From the NCBI GenBank assembly GCA_012295275.1, contig CM022670.1, forward strand, positions 18,724,001 to 18,788,000: a stretch of DNA of 64,000 bases, in the 5' to 3' direction. Source of the DNA: Chrysomallon squamiferum. Lineage: Eukaryota; Animalia; Mollusca. Positions 25,801 through 41,240 of this stretch are shown here, one piece after another. The translations under genes were made by a program, and so were the position numbers. The notes beneath the pieces were generated by a model that ran no database searches, was not told the DNA's origin, and saw only the letters and a list, made by a program, of their open reading frames with translations. The first letter of the stretch is position 1; each line of letters begins with the position of its first letter.

Positions 25801-28800
25801 GAAGTTGTGCTAGTTCTTCTTCTGCCACTCTCAAACTGTTCACCTGACCATCTTTTGTTTGAGCCTAAATAAAATAAAAAGAACACTTACAATAATATAG
25901 TATAGCATATGATATTTTTTAACAGACTGACTCAATATTCTTTGCACTAGATGTCAATAAGAATTGCACTGAGAAAAAATATGTGTGCTAATTGAATGCA
26001 CTTAGAATGACATACATGACTGTTGCACCCTTTTTATTTTCACAGTCTTGACTGATATTTCATCAGTCATATACAATTAAAATTATATAAATGACAGTAC
26101 TGCATACTCCAGTCTTGATGTTTCAAAGACTGTAAACACACAATTGTGCAACATTTTCATCTAAAGGAAGGACGGATGTATTTTATTTAACGATTTACTC
26201 ACAACCTGGGTAAGAAAGGCTGTGATATGTACTACCTTGCTATAAAACAATAAATATTTTCCAATGACATCAACAGTTATTTCAAAAACATTATAAAATA
26301 AAATAGATGCCAGTTACACTGTATTTTAGAAATCTGCATAACTGTTATAGTTGCAATTTTATTTTTTAATCTGTTTTCTTTCTTCTTTTTTTTTTCTCTC
26401 ACTTCTGATATTTTTTCTATTTCAATTTAATGTTTTATGCCTTGCAATAACCTTCTTTTTATAGGGATCATTATCTGACTGAAACAAGAAAGTGTCTTCA
26501 AAGGCATGATTGAAAAAAGATATGACTTATTGTATGAATGAATGAATATTTGTTTAACAATACACCAACACAATCCAGTGTTGATTTAAATCAGATTTCT
26601 TAAAAATATTATTTTATTATATTATCTATTTCTATTGTCTAAGTATGTGATAAATAATAATAATAATAATAATAACAATGTTAAAAAAAAAAGATTTTGA
26701 ACACTTTATATTTATTCCAACTTTGTTTTCTTTTGATTAAATTACAATACTGGAGAGAAAAAAAAAAGAATATTTATAATAATAATAATAATTTAATATG
26801 CCACTAAAACAACAGTAGTCACCCATTTGCTGTCCATATGTTCTGATGTCCCACTATCTACAGCTTTGAACTCCATGGATGGAGACAACTGCCTTTGTTC
26901 TGCCATTTCCAGTCTACATGTAGATAAAATTTACATATTAGTATTACAAATCATTTACAATTTTACATTGGATAAATGTATTTTCAATTACCAGGAATGG
27001 TTGTTCTTTAATATTATAATCAAAGTTAATGAAGCTTTGCATTCATATTATTAAATATTCAACTAAAATAATACAAAAATAAAAGATTTGTTTAAAATAA
27101 CATTAAAATGAAACATTTATCAATATAAACAAAATAATCATTGGTCTCTTCCAATATTTAGCAGCAAGAGATCTTTTTACCACTAAACAGTGAGCTAACC
27201 CATGACCTGCCCATGCAAAATGGCAGATATTTACAATATCCATTTTCAGTCTCTGTAAGCTGATAGTCTGAATATCAAATGAGCACAGCATTATTAATAA
27301 AAACAGCACTTGAATAGTAATACTATTAACCAATTGGGTATAAATGTATAGGGATTTTTTGTTTGTTTATTAAAAATGTAACCACTTGGGTTCAAAGGGT
27401 CAAGTGTTAGAGAGATTAAGTATAATATTACATTGTTTAAAGAGAAATGATACATTTACTAAGCTTTAAGGTTACAGATGATGTTATGATGGGGGGGCAA
27501 AATAAAACATACTGTTCAACATGAGAATGAATAAACCCAAATGCAATAACAATACTCTTGCACAAATGTTCACTGAACTTAAAAATGGATGTTTTAAAAA
27601 AAACAAGAGAAAACCAGCATATAAAAAAATTAAAATTTAATAAGTGAAGGTTATATGGTATTTTATTGATTATCTCAAGCAGTACCAACACTAGTATCTT
27701 GTTAACATATGACTGAATTAAACAAAGAGAAAAGATGAGGATATGGACTGCTAAGTTACACTGAACTGTACATCAAGGGTTTTACATTGGAGTATGAATT
27801 ATTAAAAATATATATTTTTATTTCATAAAGGTGACTGTGCCAACATGACATGTTTATGTGTTCTATACTGAACAAATTCCCAATATTTTACTTTTATTTA
27901 AGTTGGAAATGCGAAAAAGATAAATCAGAGATAGATTGTAAAAAAAAAAAGAAAGAATATTAGTAAAGAAGAAATAATTGAAAAGATATGGAAAGAAGTG
28001 GGGAAGGAAAGGAAGGATACACAGAAAGAGAGAAAAGAAGAAGAAGAGAGAAAACAGAAGGCATAAAATATGTGAGATAAAGGACAGGAAGAAAGAGAAG
28101 AAGAGGCAGACAGACACAGAAATTGAGAAAAATTCATACAACTGAAATAAATGATAAGAGATTTTCACACAAACTAACTTTTCCTGAAGTTCTGTTAAAG
28201 CATCTTCAGCTTTCTGCAGGGATTCCAGATCCTTCATCATGCGTTTAATGTGAGTCTGGGAATACTTGTGATGAACATAGGCAAACCAGCACCCACCAAG
28301 AGCAATAACCAGCGATCCCACCAATGCAACATCAGTAAGGTAACCATGTGCTTCTGAAAACAAAATAATCATTCATTTTATTCAGGTAGACCTTAAAAAA
28401 AATATTCATCACTAAGTATTAATTTAGTTTATTTTTGCTATCTTTTACATTTTTATTTATTTATTTATTTATTTATTGTTATTGTTATTGTTATTGTTAT
28501 TGTTATTGTTATTATTATTATTCTTTTTATTTTTTATTTTTTATTTTTTTAAATTTTAAACATAAAGAAAGTGCTATTCAATTATTTGTTAATTAAGACT
28601 GCAAGGAAAAAGTCACCTGATCACATGATTATATTTCACGAAATATCTTCCCTAGTTCATGAATTAGAGCACATGCATTCCAAACTGTACTTATATTTGA
28701 CCATTAAACTCAGATTTTTAAAACTAGGAAACCCATTAATAAATTCAAATGCAAATACAAAAACCTACTCTTAATACACGTCAAAACAAATACATGAGTT

Positions 28801-29044
28801 GATGGCTCCCCTGCCTGACAATGTCAAAAGCATAAGGATGCTGTAAACATTTTAAATAATGTATTTAAAACATGTTAAAAGATGAATAAAAAATTTAACT
28901 CACTTTTGGGTGGTCCAAACAGCACTGTATCCATAGCTTTAAGAGCAAGCTTCTGTCTGTGTATGGAATTTTTTATACCAAGAACATTGACAAAGAAGCT
29001 GCTATTGCTACAAGCCAGTCTGCAAAATAGCATAAAAATTATTT

Positions 29045-29106
<62 letters not shown>

Positions 29107-31252
29107 TCAATCTAAAGATATTTAATCTATAAATAAATAAAAATCAATTACTTTTTTTTTAATACACATATTCTTTGAACAGGCAGAAATTTTAAAAAAA
29201 ATTCATATCTTTTATTTTTTTATATAATGGATTACTGAACTGTATATCTTAGAACATATTGTTTTTCTATTTTTTTCATAAAATGTTACCAACAAAAATG
29301 ACAAAAATAAACTGTTTATACAAAAGATGCACTGCTTGACTACTGCATCCTAATCCAAAATGATTATAGTCAGTAAACTGGGTTTAACGATTGTTTTCTA
29401 TCATAGTTGTTATCTTATTTTATTACACAACAGAGATTATCAGAATAACAAGCCTATTACACAATAACTGATTTAAAAAAAAAAGAAAAAGACACCTTAA
29501 TTCAACTGATGAATTATCAACATATTTAACATTACTTCATCTGATCCAGTATGGTACAACTTTCTCCTAACGCAAGTATGGACAATAGGAATTTGCTGTA
29601 TTATTTGGATTTTTACAACAAATAAAAATCACAAGAAACCATTTTCTAGACAGGAAGTTAACATTTTCTGTAAACTCTCCCGAATTTTTTTATCATTCAT
29701 CAAATATTAATTAATATTACAGCCAATTAATTAAAAATCTAACATGCTCATGAAAGTTTCTTTTTCATTATTTTTTTTATTAAATTTTATTTACAACACT
29801 TAATTTATATTCAAAGAGAACATGAAATTCTGTACAAGGCAAATCCAAGATAATAACAAACTTTGATTATATATAACCTAAATTGATTAATTTGTTGAGA
29901 CATCAAAGATATTTCCAAACACTGTCATTTGTAATGTGTTACATCCATTTTAATTACCTGTTTGATACTGCATTCTTTTGCACATAAATAGATACTGTAT
30001 TTTCCAGAAAACATTAATTTAAATTAATTGAAAACCAGATACAAGATAAATAAAAATGTGACCAGTTAGCAAACATTAACAAATTTGTAGATTTTAGACA
30101 TTTATAAGTGTCCCTGTCATCACTGATATATGGTATAATTTATGACAACTAATGTTTGTCTAAAGCACCCCAAAAAAAAAAAAAAAAAAAAAAATGTATT
30201 TATATACATATCTATCTATAGATATATATATATATATAATTTGAGATAAATGAAAACAAGTGAAGTACAAAAAAAATTGAATATAAAGAAAAATATCACC
30301 TTTGTAAGATTCAGAACCTTTTGTAAATAGAACAAAAGAATTTCTTTACAGTCAGTAATATGTATCAGTGGGGTGGTTTTAATATGAAGTATTTGTTCTA
30401 TATTTTAAATTTATTCATAAATGTTTTAAAATTCTTTGTGGGAAATAAATAACAAAGTAGAAAATTTCTTCCAAAAACAGCAATGGAATCAAGAATGAAA
30501 GCGTTGTTTGAGGGATTAAAATGTTGATGTATCTAATTCCCTTCCTCTGTTAATTTTCTGAAACAATGACAATAAAGGGATGAAGAATGAAGAACCAAAT
30601 TTAAGACTTTCACCTATCCCCTCACTCTTTCTATCTTGTCTTCCTCTTTTTTTCTTTGTTATATGCTCAAAAACAACAGATACACACATGCACACATGGA
30701 CACACACACATTCACAAATATTTAATTATTAGAAAGAATCACCATATTATAATCCAGCCCAAGAAAACAATCTTTTTTTTTGTAATTAAATCTGAGACAG
30801 GAATCATTATTCTAGTAATTAATCTAATTAATCTACAGATGAGTATTAATTCTGTAATAATGAGATACCAATGTGACAAATTCACTATTATTTTTTATAT
30901 ATAACCTTCTTTTGTTACAACTTATACTTCAGCTTATAATTTGTCTTTATGAAAAAGGATGGGAAATGTCTCTTTCAAATGCATTTTCTAAAAATGTATT
31001 TATTTATTTATTACATTCTTTTTTTTATCTTTCTTTTTTTTCAGAAATAAATAATGAAGCTTAATCAATCCATTCACTTACATTCAGAAATGTTCACTAC
31101 CATTTATATGAAAACACAATGAAACATTAATATACCTTGGTAAAGATGTTCCATCAACACCATTTGCCACGAAGACATCGATATATTGTGGTAGTTCAAC
31201 ATGAATTTCCAACCATTCAAGAACATCATCAACTGTCCAGTTAAATACTGAA

Positions 31253-31284
<32 letters not shown>

Positions 31285-34200
31285 GTTGCTTTTTTTTAAA
31301 ATTAGTAATTAATTAAAATAAAGAGAAAGATAATTCAAAGCAAATTTCTGATACATGTTTTGTACTGCAACAAAAATATAGCAATAGAAATCCTGTTTCT
31401 GTAACTTGTTCTTCTTACTGGTTCTGAAAAATAAAAATCTATATATTAATATAAAATTATATTTCTTTAGCATACCCTTAGTCTTGTAGGTCTTCTTTTT
31501 AACAGTCACAATTCCTATTTCCAGCCAAGACTTGAAGACTAGTTATCAAAGGCTGTGGTATATTTTTTTTCAGCCTTTGGAGATGAAGACATATTGCCTC
31601 TTTTCCTGTATTTTTAATTTTCCAAATGTGTTTGACATAAGAAACATTAACATTAAAATGTTCTGAAATGTTATTAAAGATTTATTCATTGTTTTTGGGG
31701 GGTTATGGGTTCATTTTTTTTTTTTTTTTTTTTTTTCCCCTTCTTTGTATTATTGTTTTGTTGTTATTTAAATACCAAATTATAAAAGTATTCCTTATGC
31801 TGCTGTGTACTTAAACAGTTATTCACTGCATCTCTGTTACATAAACATTTTTAATTTAAAACAGTCTCATATTATTAGTTTTCTATTTATAAAGATTGTC
31901 TACTAATTTACTTCTCGAAACACTGTTAATATACTGATAAATTGTATCATAAATTTTATTATTGACTATTATTCCCAAGACTATTTATTACAGTGTAAAA
32001 TGAATAATGAAATTATTTTAACATACAGAGCCAATGTTTTTCATCTAAAATTTTTAAATTATTGTCTTTTCTCAATGAAAGAAGTTGCTTCTGTCCTGAC
32101 TGTTCTGTGTGGAAGACATATCTAGATGTATGTGTGTATGTTATGTGTTTGAATGTGTATTTGCATATATTTTTCTCATATACATACATTCAGAGACACC
32201 AACATTACTATATACTGCTATACTAAACATGCATGCTCAGTCTCTGTACTCAGCTTTATATATACACAGAGACATGTACAAAACTGACAGATGTTAAATC
32301 ATAATCAGACTAGTGTAAACATCAGAACATAGGAAAAGTCTTAGGAAGAACATGCTGACTGAAAAGTTCTGGACAAGCTGTTATATAATGGAAATGTCAT
32401 TATTCAGGAAAAATAATTTATAAGACTTTTAACTACAAGTTAATCCTTTTTCATTAATCCCCTGTGTTGAATAAATTTTTCTACTTAACCCACAACTCAC
32501 TGATTAATCAATAACAAACATGTTTGTATTTAGTATATGTTATTATTTTGACTAAAACTCATACTAATTTTAAAAGAAAATAATAAATCTGCTTTGACAT
32601 AACTCAGTCAGGTCTTGTCAACAACACATTATATGTGCTAAGTGACATGTATGTATAGATAATACATACTGATATGAAATTATAATGAAAAATAATAAAC
32701 AGTAAACGAAACACAAAATAAAAACCATGTCAGTAAAAACAACATCTGAAAAACAAAGTAAAAAAGAAAAATATTCTAATTTCATTCGGATTCATTATTA
32801 ATTTCACTGTTAATTGTCAAAAACATAGTTTTTATACCATGGTAGTATTAGAAACAAATTGAAGAATACTACTAATAATAACAACAACAACACTCTTCTA
32901 TGAACTTCTGTAACTAAATAGCTAAACAGCTCTAAGGAATTATTTACATGTATTTCCCACTGATAGGAAAATGTAAAAAGGGCCACTTTCTTTGATGTCA
33001 CAGTCACAGAGTGTGGGCTGTAACAAGAAATAGCCCATGACTACATTAAAGAAGATTGATCTTGAGACCTGTTATATATTAAAAAAGTCCTAAAGGAAGA
33101 TTGGTCGTGTGCCATTTATGTATAATTATCTAATACTCTACTCCTTGATCATCCTACAATATACCAATACAATACAATGTACTGAATGACATTACTTAAC
33201 ACAAAACACCCCCAAAAACTACAAATAAATAAATGAAAAAACAAAACAAGGTAGGATGGGCAGGATATCACTTCCATTCTTGCTGGGGGGGGGAGGTTTT
33301 TTTTTCTGTTCTCATCTTTTCTTCTTCTTCTTTTATTTTATTTTTTTTATTTATTTTTTTTATTTTTTGTAGTTAAAAGTATAGATTAACATGAACTTTA
33401 ACATTTGATCATAGTCATGTGAATTTTATTTACTGTGAGGCAGATTTGAAAGAAACTAATAAGTGTTATTGATACACTGGGTGTACTTTTTCACTGTATC
33501 GTGTTTCTTTATTTTGTAACCAGAAAGAAGAAATGAAAAAAGAATCCATCTTAGTCAAATATATTACATTCTGTTTTTATTCACTTATTGTACTCTTGAA
33601 GATTTTATGATGTACCAGCACAGGCAGATATAAACTGTTGCCAAATTTTACAAAAACTTTGTATTATATTTCAATCAGAACAAAGGTAATCTGCTGTGCT
33701 TTGTGTTAAATCATTGGTTTTGTCCATATGTATCATAATTCTGTCAAATAATACAGGTTCAAAGTATAATTATGTTTAATTATCTAAATGTGCTTCACAA
33801 CAGCTTGCTCTGATTAGCACGTTAATTATTTTCCATTCCATTCCATAAATTAAGTTCTTTATTTATTTTTTATTATTTGGAGGGGGGGAAAGATTTGGTT
33901 GTATTTTAAATATTTTTTTTAAATTTTAGCATAATAAAGTGTTGTTGATATTTACCAATTCTGTGATATACCTGTTTAGTACTTAAGCAAAAGTTAACTG
34001 GTGTAACAGAATCTCTGTAGTTATGTATTGTATATCATTCTAAACAAACAATGTCAACTGCTGTAAAGTGTTTTACATTAATGGTCATCCTACTGGTGGT
34101 ATGTAGTAAAAACATTCAAGCTTGGTTAAATAGATCCAGGTTGGTTAAACTTGACCGTGTTGTTTGACCCTGTTGTTAGTATAAACAAAAACCAAGAAAT

Positions 34201-36174
34201 ATCTTCATAGAATTATCTTTATATCTACATTAAAAGTGTATTTTTATATCTTCATTAAAGAATGTAAATAAATAAAGAATGAACGAATACTTGTTTAATG
34301 ACAGTTATTAGCTAAGAAACATGACCTGAACAAGGCAATTTTAAAATGACAAACTAATCTTTCTCAGTCAGCAATAGTGGATCTTTACAATCAACTGTTA
34401 TATGGGGAACTACAAAATACCAGGTTCTTACCACAGACAGCTACCTAACAAATCTTTGCAAAACCTACAAGAAGAGTTCTTCAGTCCTACTTAGTTCTAA
34501 AACAGGCAATACGATAATAATGAACTGAAACAATAGAATTCTTCAGTCTACCAAAGCAGACATTTAAATAGATTTGGCCTACTTTTTAAGAAAATGAAAT
34601 TTTGCAGGGCAGCTGAGAAAATGGTCTTGTTCAACATGCCAACTAACTGTTCTGTTGTCCGCTACCAGGAAATAAAGGTTCAGTGTAGATATAATATTTC
34701 ATGCTTTGTGTCAATAAATCATTCAACTTAATTATCTTTTTTATTTATTTCTGCAAAATGTTGCTGCACACCTAGCTGACATTGTGGCACCTGTTTGCCA
34801 CAGCATACTGGCTGGGTATCTGTGATTATATATAAACAATATTAAGGCCTTTTGCAAACTATAAAGCATTTAAAATGACTTTTAGATAAATCAGCTGAGT
34901 GAAACTTCCTATAACAATATGAAGTACAACAAATGTGCTGAGAATGACTGAATCCCAATCAGAGCTTACATGAGTATTCTAACCACTGAATCTGTCTATA
35001 TTATAAGAAAGTCTGTAAGACTATCATCATTGCCTGAAATAGCAAATTAATTGAAAACTGTCTGATTCATCACACCTCTGGGCAATAGATTATTTAAATA
35101 ATCATCGTCTGGTTTTGGTCTCTGGATTCAAATTTATTGTTTCTGTAGCAAAATATTGATTTTAAAGAAAATGGTCAATTAAAGAGAAGTTGAAAGATTG
35201 TATCTATGAAACAGCATGAGCAGTATGAAAGCAAAATATCTAAAATTAAAGCTGTTGTTTGTTACCCATATGCAGATTTTCCCATCAACAAGAATAATGG
35301 CAACTATAACTTTTTATTAAACTATCTATTTCTCATTTCATAATTATTTTTTGTTACTGGCATGTTGTTTCTCTTCATTTTATACATTTATATGTGTGTT
35401 TAAGTATGTGTGTATGTGTGAGTATATCTGGTTTTATGAATGTGTGTCTATGTAGGTGTGAGTAGGTGTACATGTCTGAAAGACTTATCTTTTCATTTTA
35501 TATTACATTTATTATCTTTATCACTTTTATTTTGTATTAATTCTTTTTATTATTTTCAAAATTAAAAGAGAAAAATAATACTGTTAACACATGTGTGCAA
35601 GTGTGGGAAATAAAACCATAACAATCTTTTTTACTTTTTTTTAAAAAAAAAAAAAAAAAAAAAGAAAGAAAGAAAAGAAAAGGAAACAAAAGGTTTCTAC
35701 TTGATCACCTTAAGACATGTAAAGGTTAAATTATTTAATTATACCTTGATGCAACTTAAGACGGATCCTGATAAACAGAAAGAATTCTGACTAATGATGT
35801 AAATATAATGAATGGTGTTTGATAAAACAGAAAAAGAAACTTCCTGATTAGTTCCTGTGAATGATACCATAATTATAATACAGAATCAAAAAAAATATGT
35901 ACTAAGTGAGAACCAGAGACAAATTTAAAAGATACAAGAGTTAGAACGGAAAAAAACACAAGAGAGAGACAAAGGGAAAGAAAGCAAAAAATAAAAATAA
36001 AAACAGAAAGAATAAGAGTAAGAAAAATATAAAATAAAAGTGAGAAAAGGTGAGATAGAGAGAATGAGATATAACTTTTCAGATACCAATCCAAACTGAA
36101 AATCTTCATTTTTATTATTACAACTCTCTTTTATTCTTTTTTTAAAAATATTTTGTGTGTATATATATATATAT

Positions 36175-36211
<37 letters not shown>

Positions 36212-37635
36212 ATTTTTAAATTACAATCTCATCAAAACCTTTAAAATACGGCAGAAAACTTAACTCTTTTTATAGATGTTCATGAACTTGATAGTAGTTA
36301 TATAATTATAGTATCATTGTTCTACTATTAGAAAACAGATCAAGTCAGGAATAACAATTATGATACGGCTGCTTCTATGTAAGATGACTCTAGTATTTCC
36401 ATATCAAGTAACAGTCTGCACAATTTGGTTTGAGAAATAGTACATACAATATACGTCATACAAATAATGAGAAAATAAGATTCGTGTACACAGCTAATTT
36501 GATTGGTTTTGCACAGCTTACAATTATGAAATGGAGATATATTCTTGTACCTATAATCACAGGTAAAATAAGATGATTAAAACAGAACTTTCAAGTCTGT
36601 GCATGCAGGTGATGCCTACAAAAGCTAAGAAAATGACACGGGTGATTAATTTTCTCCTTGAATTATAAGGCAACTTTGATTTAAAAAAGATGTAGAATAA
36701 GGCAGAAAGATATTGTTCTAAAATATTCTCTCTATCACATATATATTTATATTAACCTTTTTAAGTATATCTCTGAGAAAAAACCCTCAGTAAGTATATA
36801 AAGAAACCGAAAAAAACAATCTATAGTCATTTTTAAATATACAAGATTTAAACAGAATAGGTTTCAAGGGTTTATTATTATTTTTATTGTTATTAAAAAT
36901 TTTAAATCAGAAGAACATAATATTTTAAAGTTCCTTCATATTTTGTAAACCTGTGTATGTGTTACTCACTCTCTTTCTTATCTCTGTACATACATACATA
37001 GATATATACACGGATCTTTCCAAGAGCCAGTTCAGATATTAGATCATAAATGTCTGTCTTCTTTCTGATTCATTGTCTAACATTAACTGTTTTCTGCTGG
37101 CAATCTAATTTTTGGCTGCTTCTTTAGATACAATCATATTTTTCTATACCACACTTTTCATTGATTTTTTTTAATGTTTCCTTCCAAGTAAATCAAATAC
37201 AGTCTAGAAATAGATGTCTCTTACTTTTCTTTAAAAATCAGAATTGAAGTAAACTACATGTGTATGTGTGTAAAAAAAACCATTTGTTTCTGTTTTTATT
37301 TTATTTTTTAAAGGAGTCTAGATCACATAATGATAAATGTTGGTAAAATGTATTAGTTTCATAACAATCTGATTTTTGTCAATAACATTTAGTTACAGAT
37401 AATATTATACAGTGGCTTAAGGCTACGACCACAATATCAGTTAATAAATGTACCCAGTATAATTATTAAAATTTCAAAATGTTAAAATTCCTTTAAACAA
37501 TCATTCATACTGAGTAATCGTTAAAATAATAATATATTGATGTGTTGTTAAACTATCATTCATTTAGTCACTTATCTTCATTTCACAAATATATTTCTTA
37601 TTCATTTTTCCTATGTGTGTGTCTGTGTGTGTATG

Positions 37636-37667
<32 letters not shown>

Positions 37668-38962
37668 TATATAATATATATAGAGGTTTTAAATTTGAAA
37701 CAAATCGGTTTGTTCTCCGAGAATGTCAGAAAGATCATAATAATGCACACATGAATTAACATGCCTTTGATTCACTGTTCTCAGAGAGATAGCAGGGACA
37801 GATATTTACTTAAAATAGAGACTCAACACATAATATATTGATGGGACAGATATTTCACAAATATACTGTGTGTGTATGTATATATATATATATTACAAGA
37901 ACTAGTGATTCACTGTTCTCAGAGAGATAGCAGGGACAGATATTTACTTACAAGAACTAGAGACTCAACACATAATATGATAGTTGTCAATATTGAATTC
38001 ATTTAGCAGATTTAATCATGTTGCAATAAATGGGCAACATTTACTGGAAAAGAAAGATTCTTTCCACTGTTATTTGTTTTATGTTCTAATTTAGCCCTTT
38101 ATTTTTATTAATTTTTTTTAAAATATAAAAAAGTTTTTTTTATTATTAAAGATATTATAATTATTATTATTTTTATTATTTCTATTTTTTTTTTATTATT
38201 ATTATTTCAGCAAAAAATCTGGATAATAAATATTATTCAGACTTAAAATATATATTTCAGGTTTTTAAATTGTAAGAGTGAAGAAAGCAAGCAGACAGTT
38301 CTTGAAGAAAATATCAAGAAAAATTACTTGTAAGTATTAAATATATTTAATCATCAAAGTTTACCTTTAATATATTTAATTTTAAAATTCTATCATTTCT
38401 TCTCAAAATACCAACCATCAATATCTTCCTCAAATGTAAGACATGACTAAATATAAATTATTTTCAAATAGATAAAGCCAGAGACCTGAAGGACCCTTGA
38501 ACCCTAAATATAGAAAATCACAAACCTTGGGAGCTCTTCCAAATCTTCCATAAATCAATGACACTAATTTGCTTGTCATTGCCATGAAATGTCTTCTGTC
38601 TTTCAAACCCATCAGTATATTGTAATTCATCCCTTAGAAACTGAAAAATTAAATATCAGTATTATAACATTATCATTACTAATATAGTTCTCACAAAATT
38701 AAAAATAAGTTAAAAGCATTTTGCATAACACATTTATTGTTTAACAAGTTTCTTAAATATAAAGACAAATATCAATAGAGACATAATGACAATTGTTTTT
38801 TCTGTTTTGCTCTGATTAATTCAGTTAGTTAATCAATCATTCATCAATCATTCAGTCAATTATTTACTCAGTTAGCTAATCATTTAGTCGTTCAAACAAT
38901 TAATCAGTCAATTTAATCAACCATCTGTGGTTTGAAACATCTGTTTAGCACAGAATTCAATG

Positions 38963-39015
<53 letters not shown>

Positions 39016-41204
39016 ATATAATCCTAGCTTTCCTTTTTTATATATATATATAAACATATAAATGCTAATTTAGTAATTATATGCATTTTTGGAACTCTTT
39101 ATATATAATAAATAAATTAAAATTGCTTTGATAAATATGACAACTGAAAAATTCTCAGAGTAACAGTGATGTAAATGCATACACAAAAACAAAAAAAATG
39201 AACCTCGAAGCAACAATATTCAGATAATGAAATGTAATCTTGCCTGAATGTTTTCATCAAGACTATTTACATTTTCTTTTCTTCTAGGTTTTAAGTTTAA
39301 CAATTCATGTATCTGTGTACTATATGTTTTAGAAAAAAGAAGATATATTTATTTGCTGGAGGGTAAAAATACACTAAAAAGTAGCTTTTATAGGTGTTTA
39401 GTCTGTGTTAATAATCAGTTTTCTTTGCTGTGCAGAAAACATGAGGTATATGGATAACATTTTTTTTTTTTTTTTCACCACAGGGAAACAGAAAGTGTAT
39501 TTAAGAAAGTAAATGTATGAATAATAAAAAAAAGGTGTTTTTAAATGCGGTGGTACCTGTCTTGTACAGGCACTGGTGGGTCCAAACAAGTTTCCCTACA
39601 TTGCAGGTGTCCCTCATTAGAGGGATAAAAATTACAAATATATCAAATTAATTGATGGATGTAAATAAAATTTATTTTTCATTTCATGAAACATATAAGG
39701 TATATTTATGTTTTAAAAAATATTTCAGTTCTCAAGTTCCAAACTGGTATGACTGTCTGCTGTAGAACTGGAATAATAATTTTAAAAATATTGAATGTGT
39801 CTGCATTCAGCAGGTGTCTGCTGATCTAAGGGACATATATACTGAAAAGCAACAGCTTACATCAGGGGCCACTAAAGACAGATATCATTGTACTATTTTT
39901 TAAATTGTTTTTTTCAAAAAAAAAAGAGTAAACTTACATTTTAATATAAGTAATCTCTCATTCAATAAATGAGTAATCATTGGAACAATAACAGTACAAT
40001 ACAAAACAATCAATGTAAACAAAGACATATTTTGTACTGTGCATAAACCAAAAAACCTAACCATCACCCCACAAAACCACACCAGTCTATTATATAAATA
40101 TCAACTGGACATAATGTTGAGGTACCTTCTAACATCTATATTATTTATGTATTTATTTATTTATTCATATATTTTTATTTATTTATTTATTGTTATTTTA
40201 ATCACCAACTGCAAGCTTTACAATTCAAATTTTATTTTATTATATTCAGTAGTGTAAGGTAGTTTAAAATTCAATTATGCATCTTGCTAAATCATTTTAA
40301 ATACAGTTTTAATTAATTAAATTTTGATATTAACATTCAAAATTATTATTATCATCATCATCAGATGCATGATCATTTCTTTAAACATGTTATTTTTTAT
40401 TTTATGTGTCAAAAAAAATCATTTTCTGTGCTAAATTTACTATTTATATTTCCAACAATATTATTAAAACAAAAATATAATTATTAAAAAAAACTGGCAA
40501 GAAAAAAAAAATGCTACAGTTAATTAAAAATTGTGATGCTGACAAGTTTATGTGATGAACCATGCACTTATCCAAACAAACAAATGAAACATCAACATGA
40601 AAATAACAAAAAACTAACACATAGCTTCACAATACACACTAAAGTAAACAAATTAAATGTACTGAATTATTTATTTTATGGGTAAAAATAAATATCACTA
40701 TATTAGTATATAGTATTAACTTGCTGTTTTTAATGCCAATCATTGAAATTATCAACATCAATACATTTTTGTTAGAAATAACAAAAATATGAGAAAATAA
40801 ATAAATAATAATAACAACAACAATAAATATATATATATATCCACCCCAAAATCAACAAAACACAACAACAATATTTATATAAATTAACAGATTTCAAACA
40901 CAAAATTTGATCAACATATTTAAAGTGTTCACAGAATATTCTTTCGTTAATCAGACACTTTTCCATGGAAGGTATATTGTTTTCATTTTGTTGTACTATT
41001 TTGCAGTTTATGTTATAGGGATGGGCAGTTCATTTTTTTTTTTGAAAAAAGGTTAAGTTTATTTTTTATTTCTTTCTTTTAGATGTTTGTCTGTTTGACT
41101 AATATCAAAGTAGCAGCTGATGTGTTTCAAACTGAAAACATCGTTAAACTGACAGATGGCTGCATTATTCCTGAATAAACAACCATCTGATTAAAAAACA
41201 TATA

Positions 41205-41240
<36 letters not shown>

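Noticed and set aside
27863-28178. Hydrophobic F/L/S-rich extension of ORF 27863-28372 resembling a multi-pass membrane protein
   Set aside because: Read-through past the exon 6 donor into a pyrimidine-rich intron.
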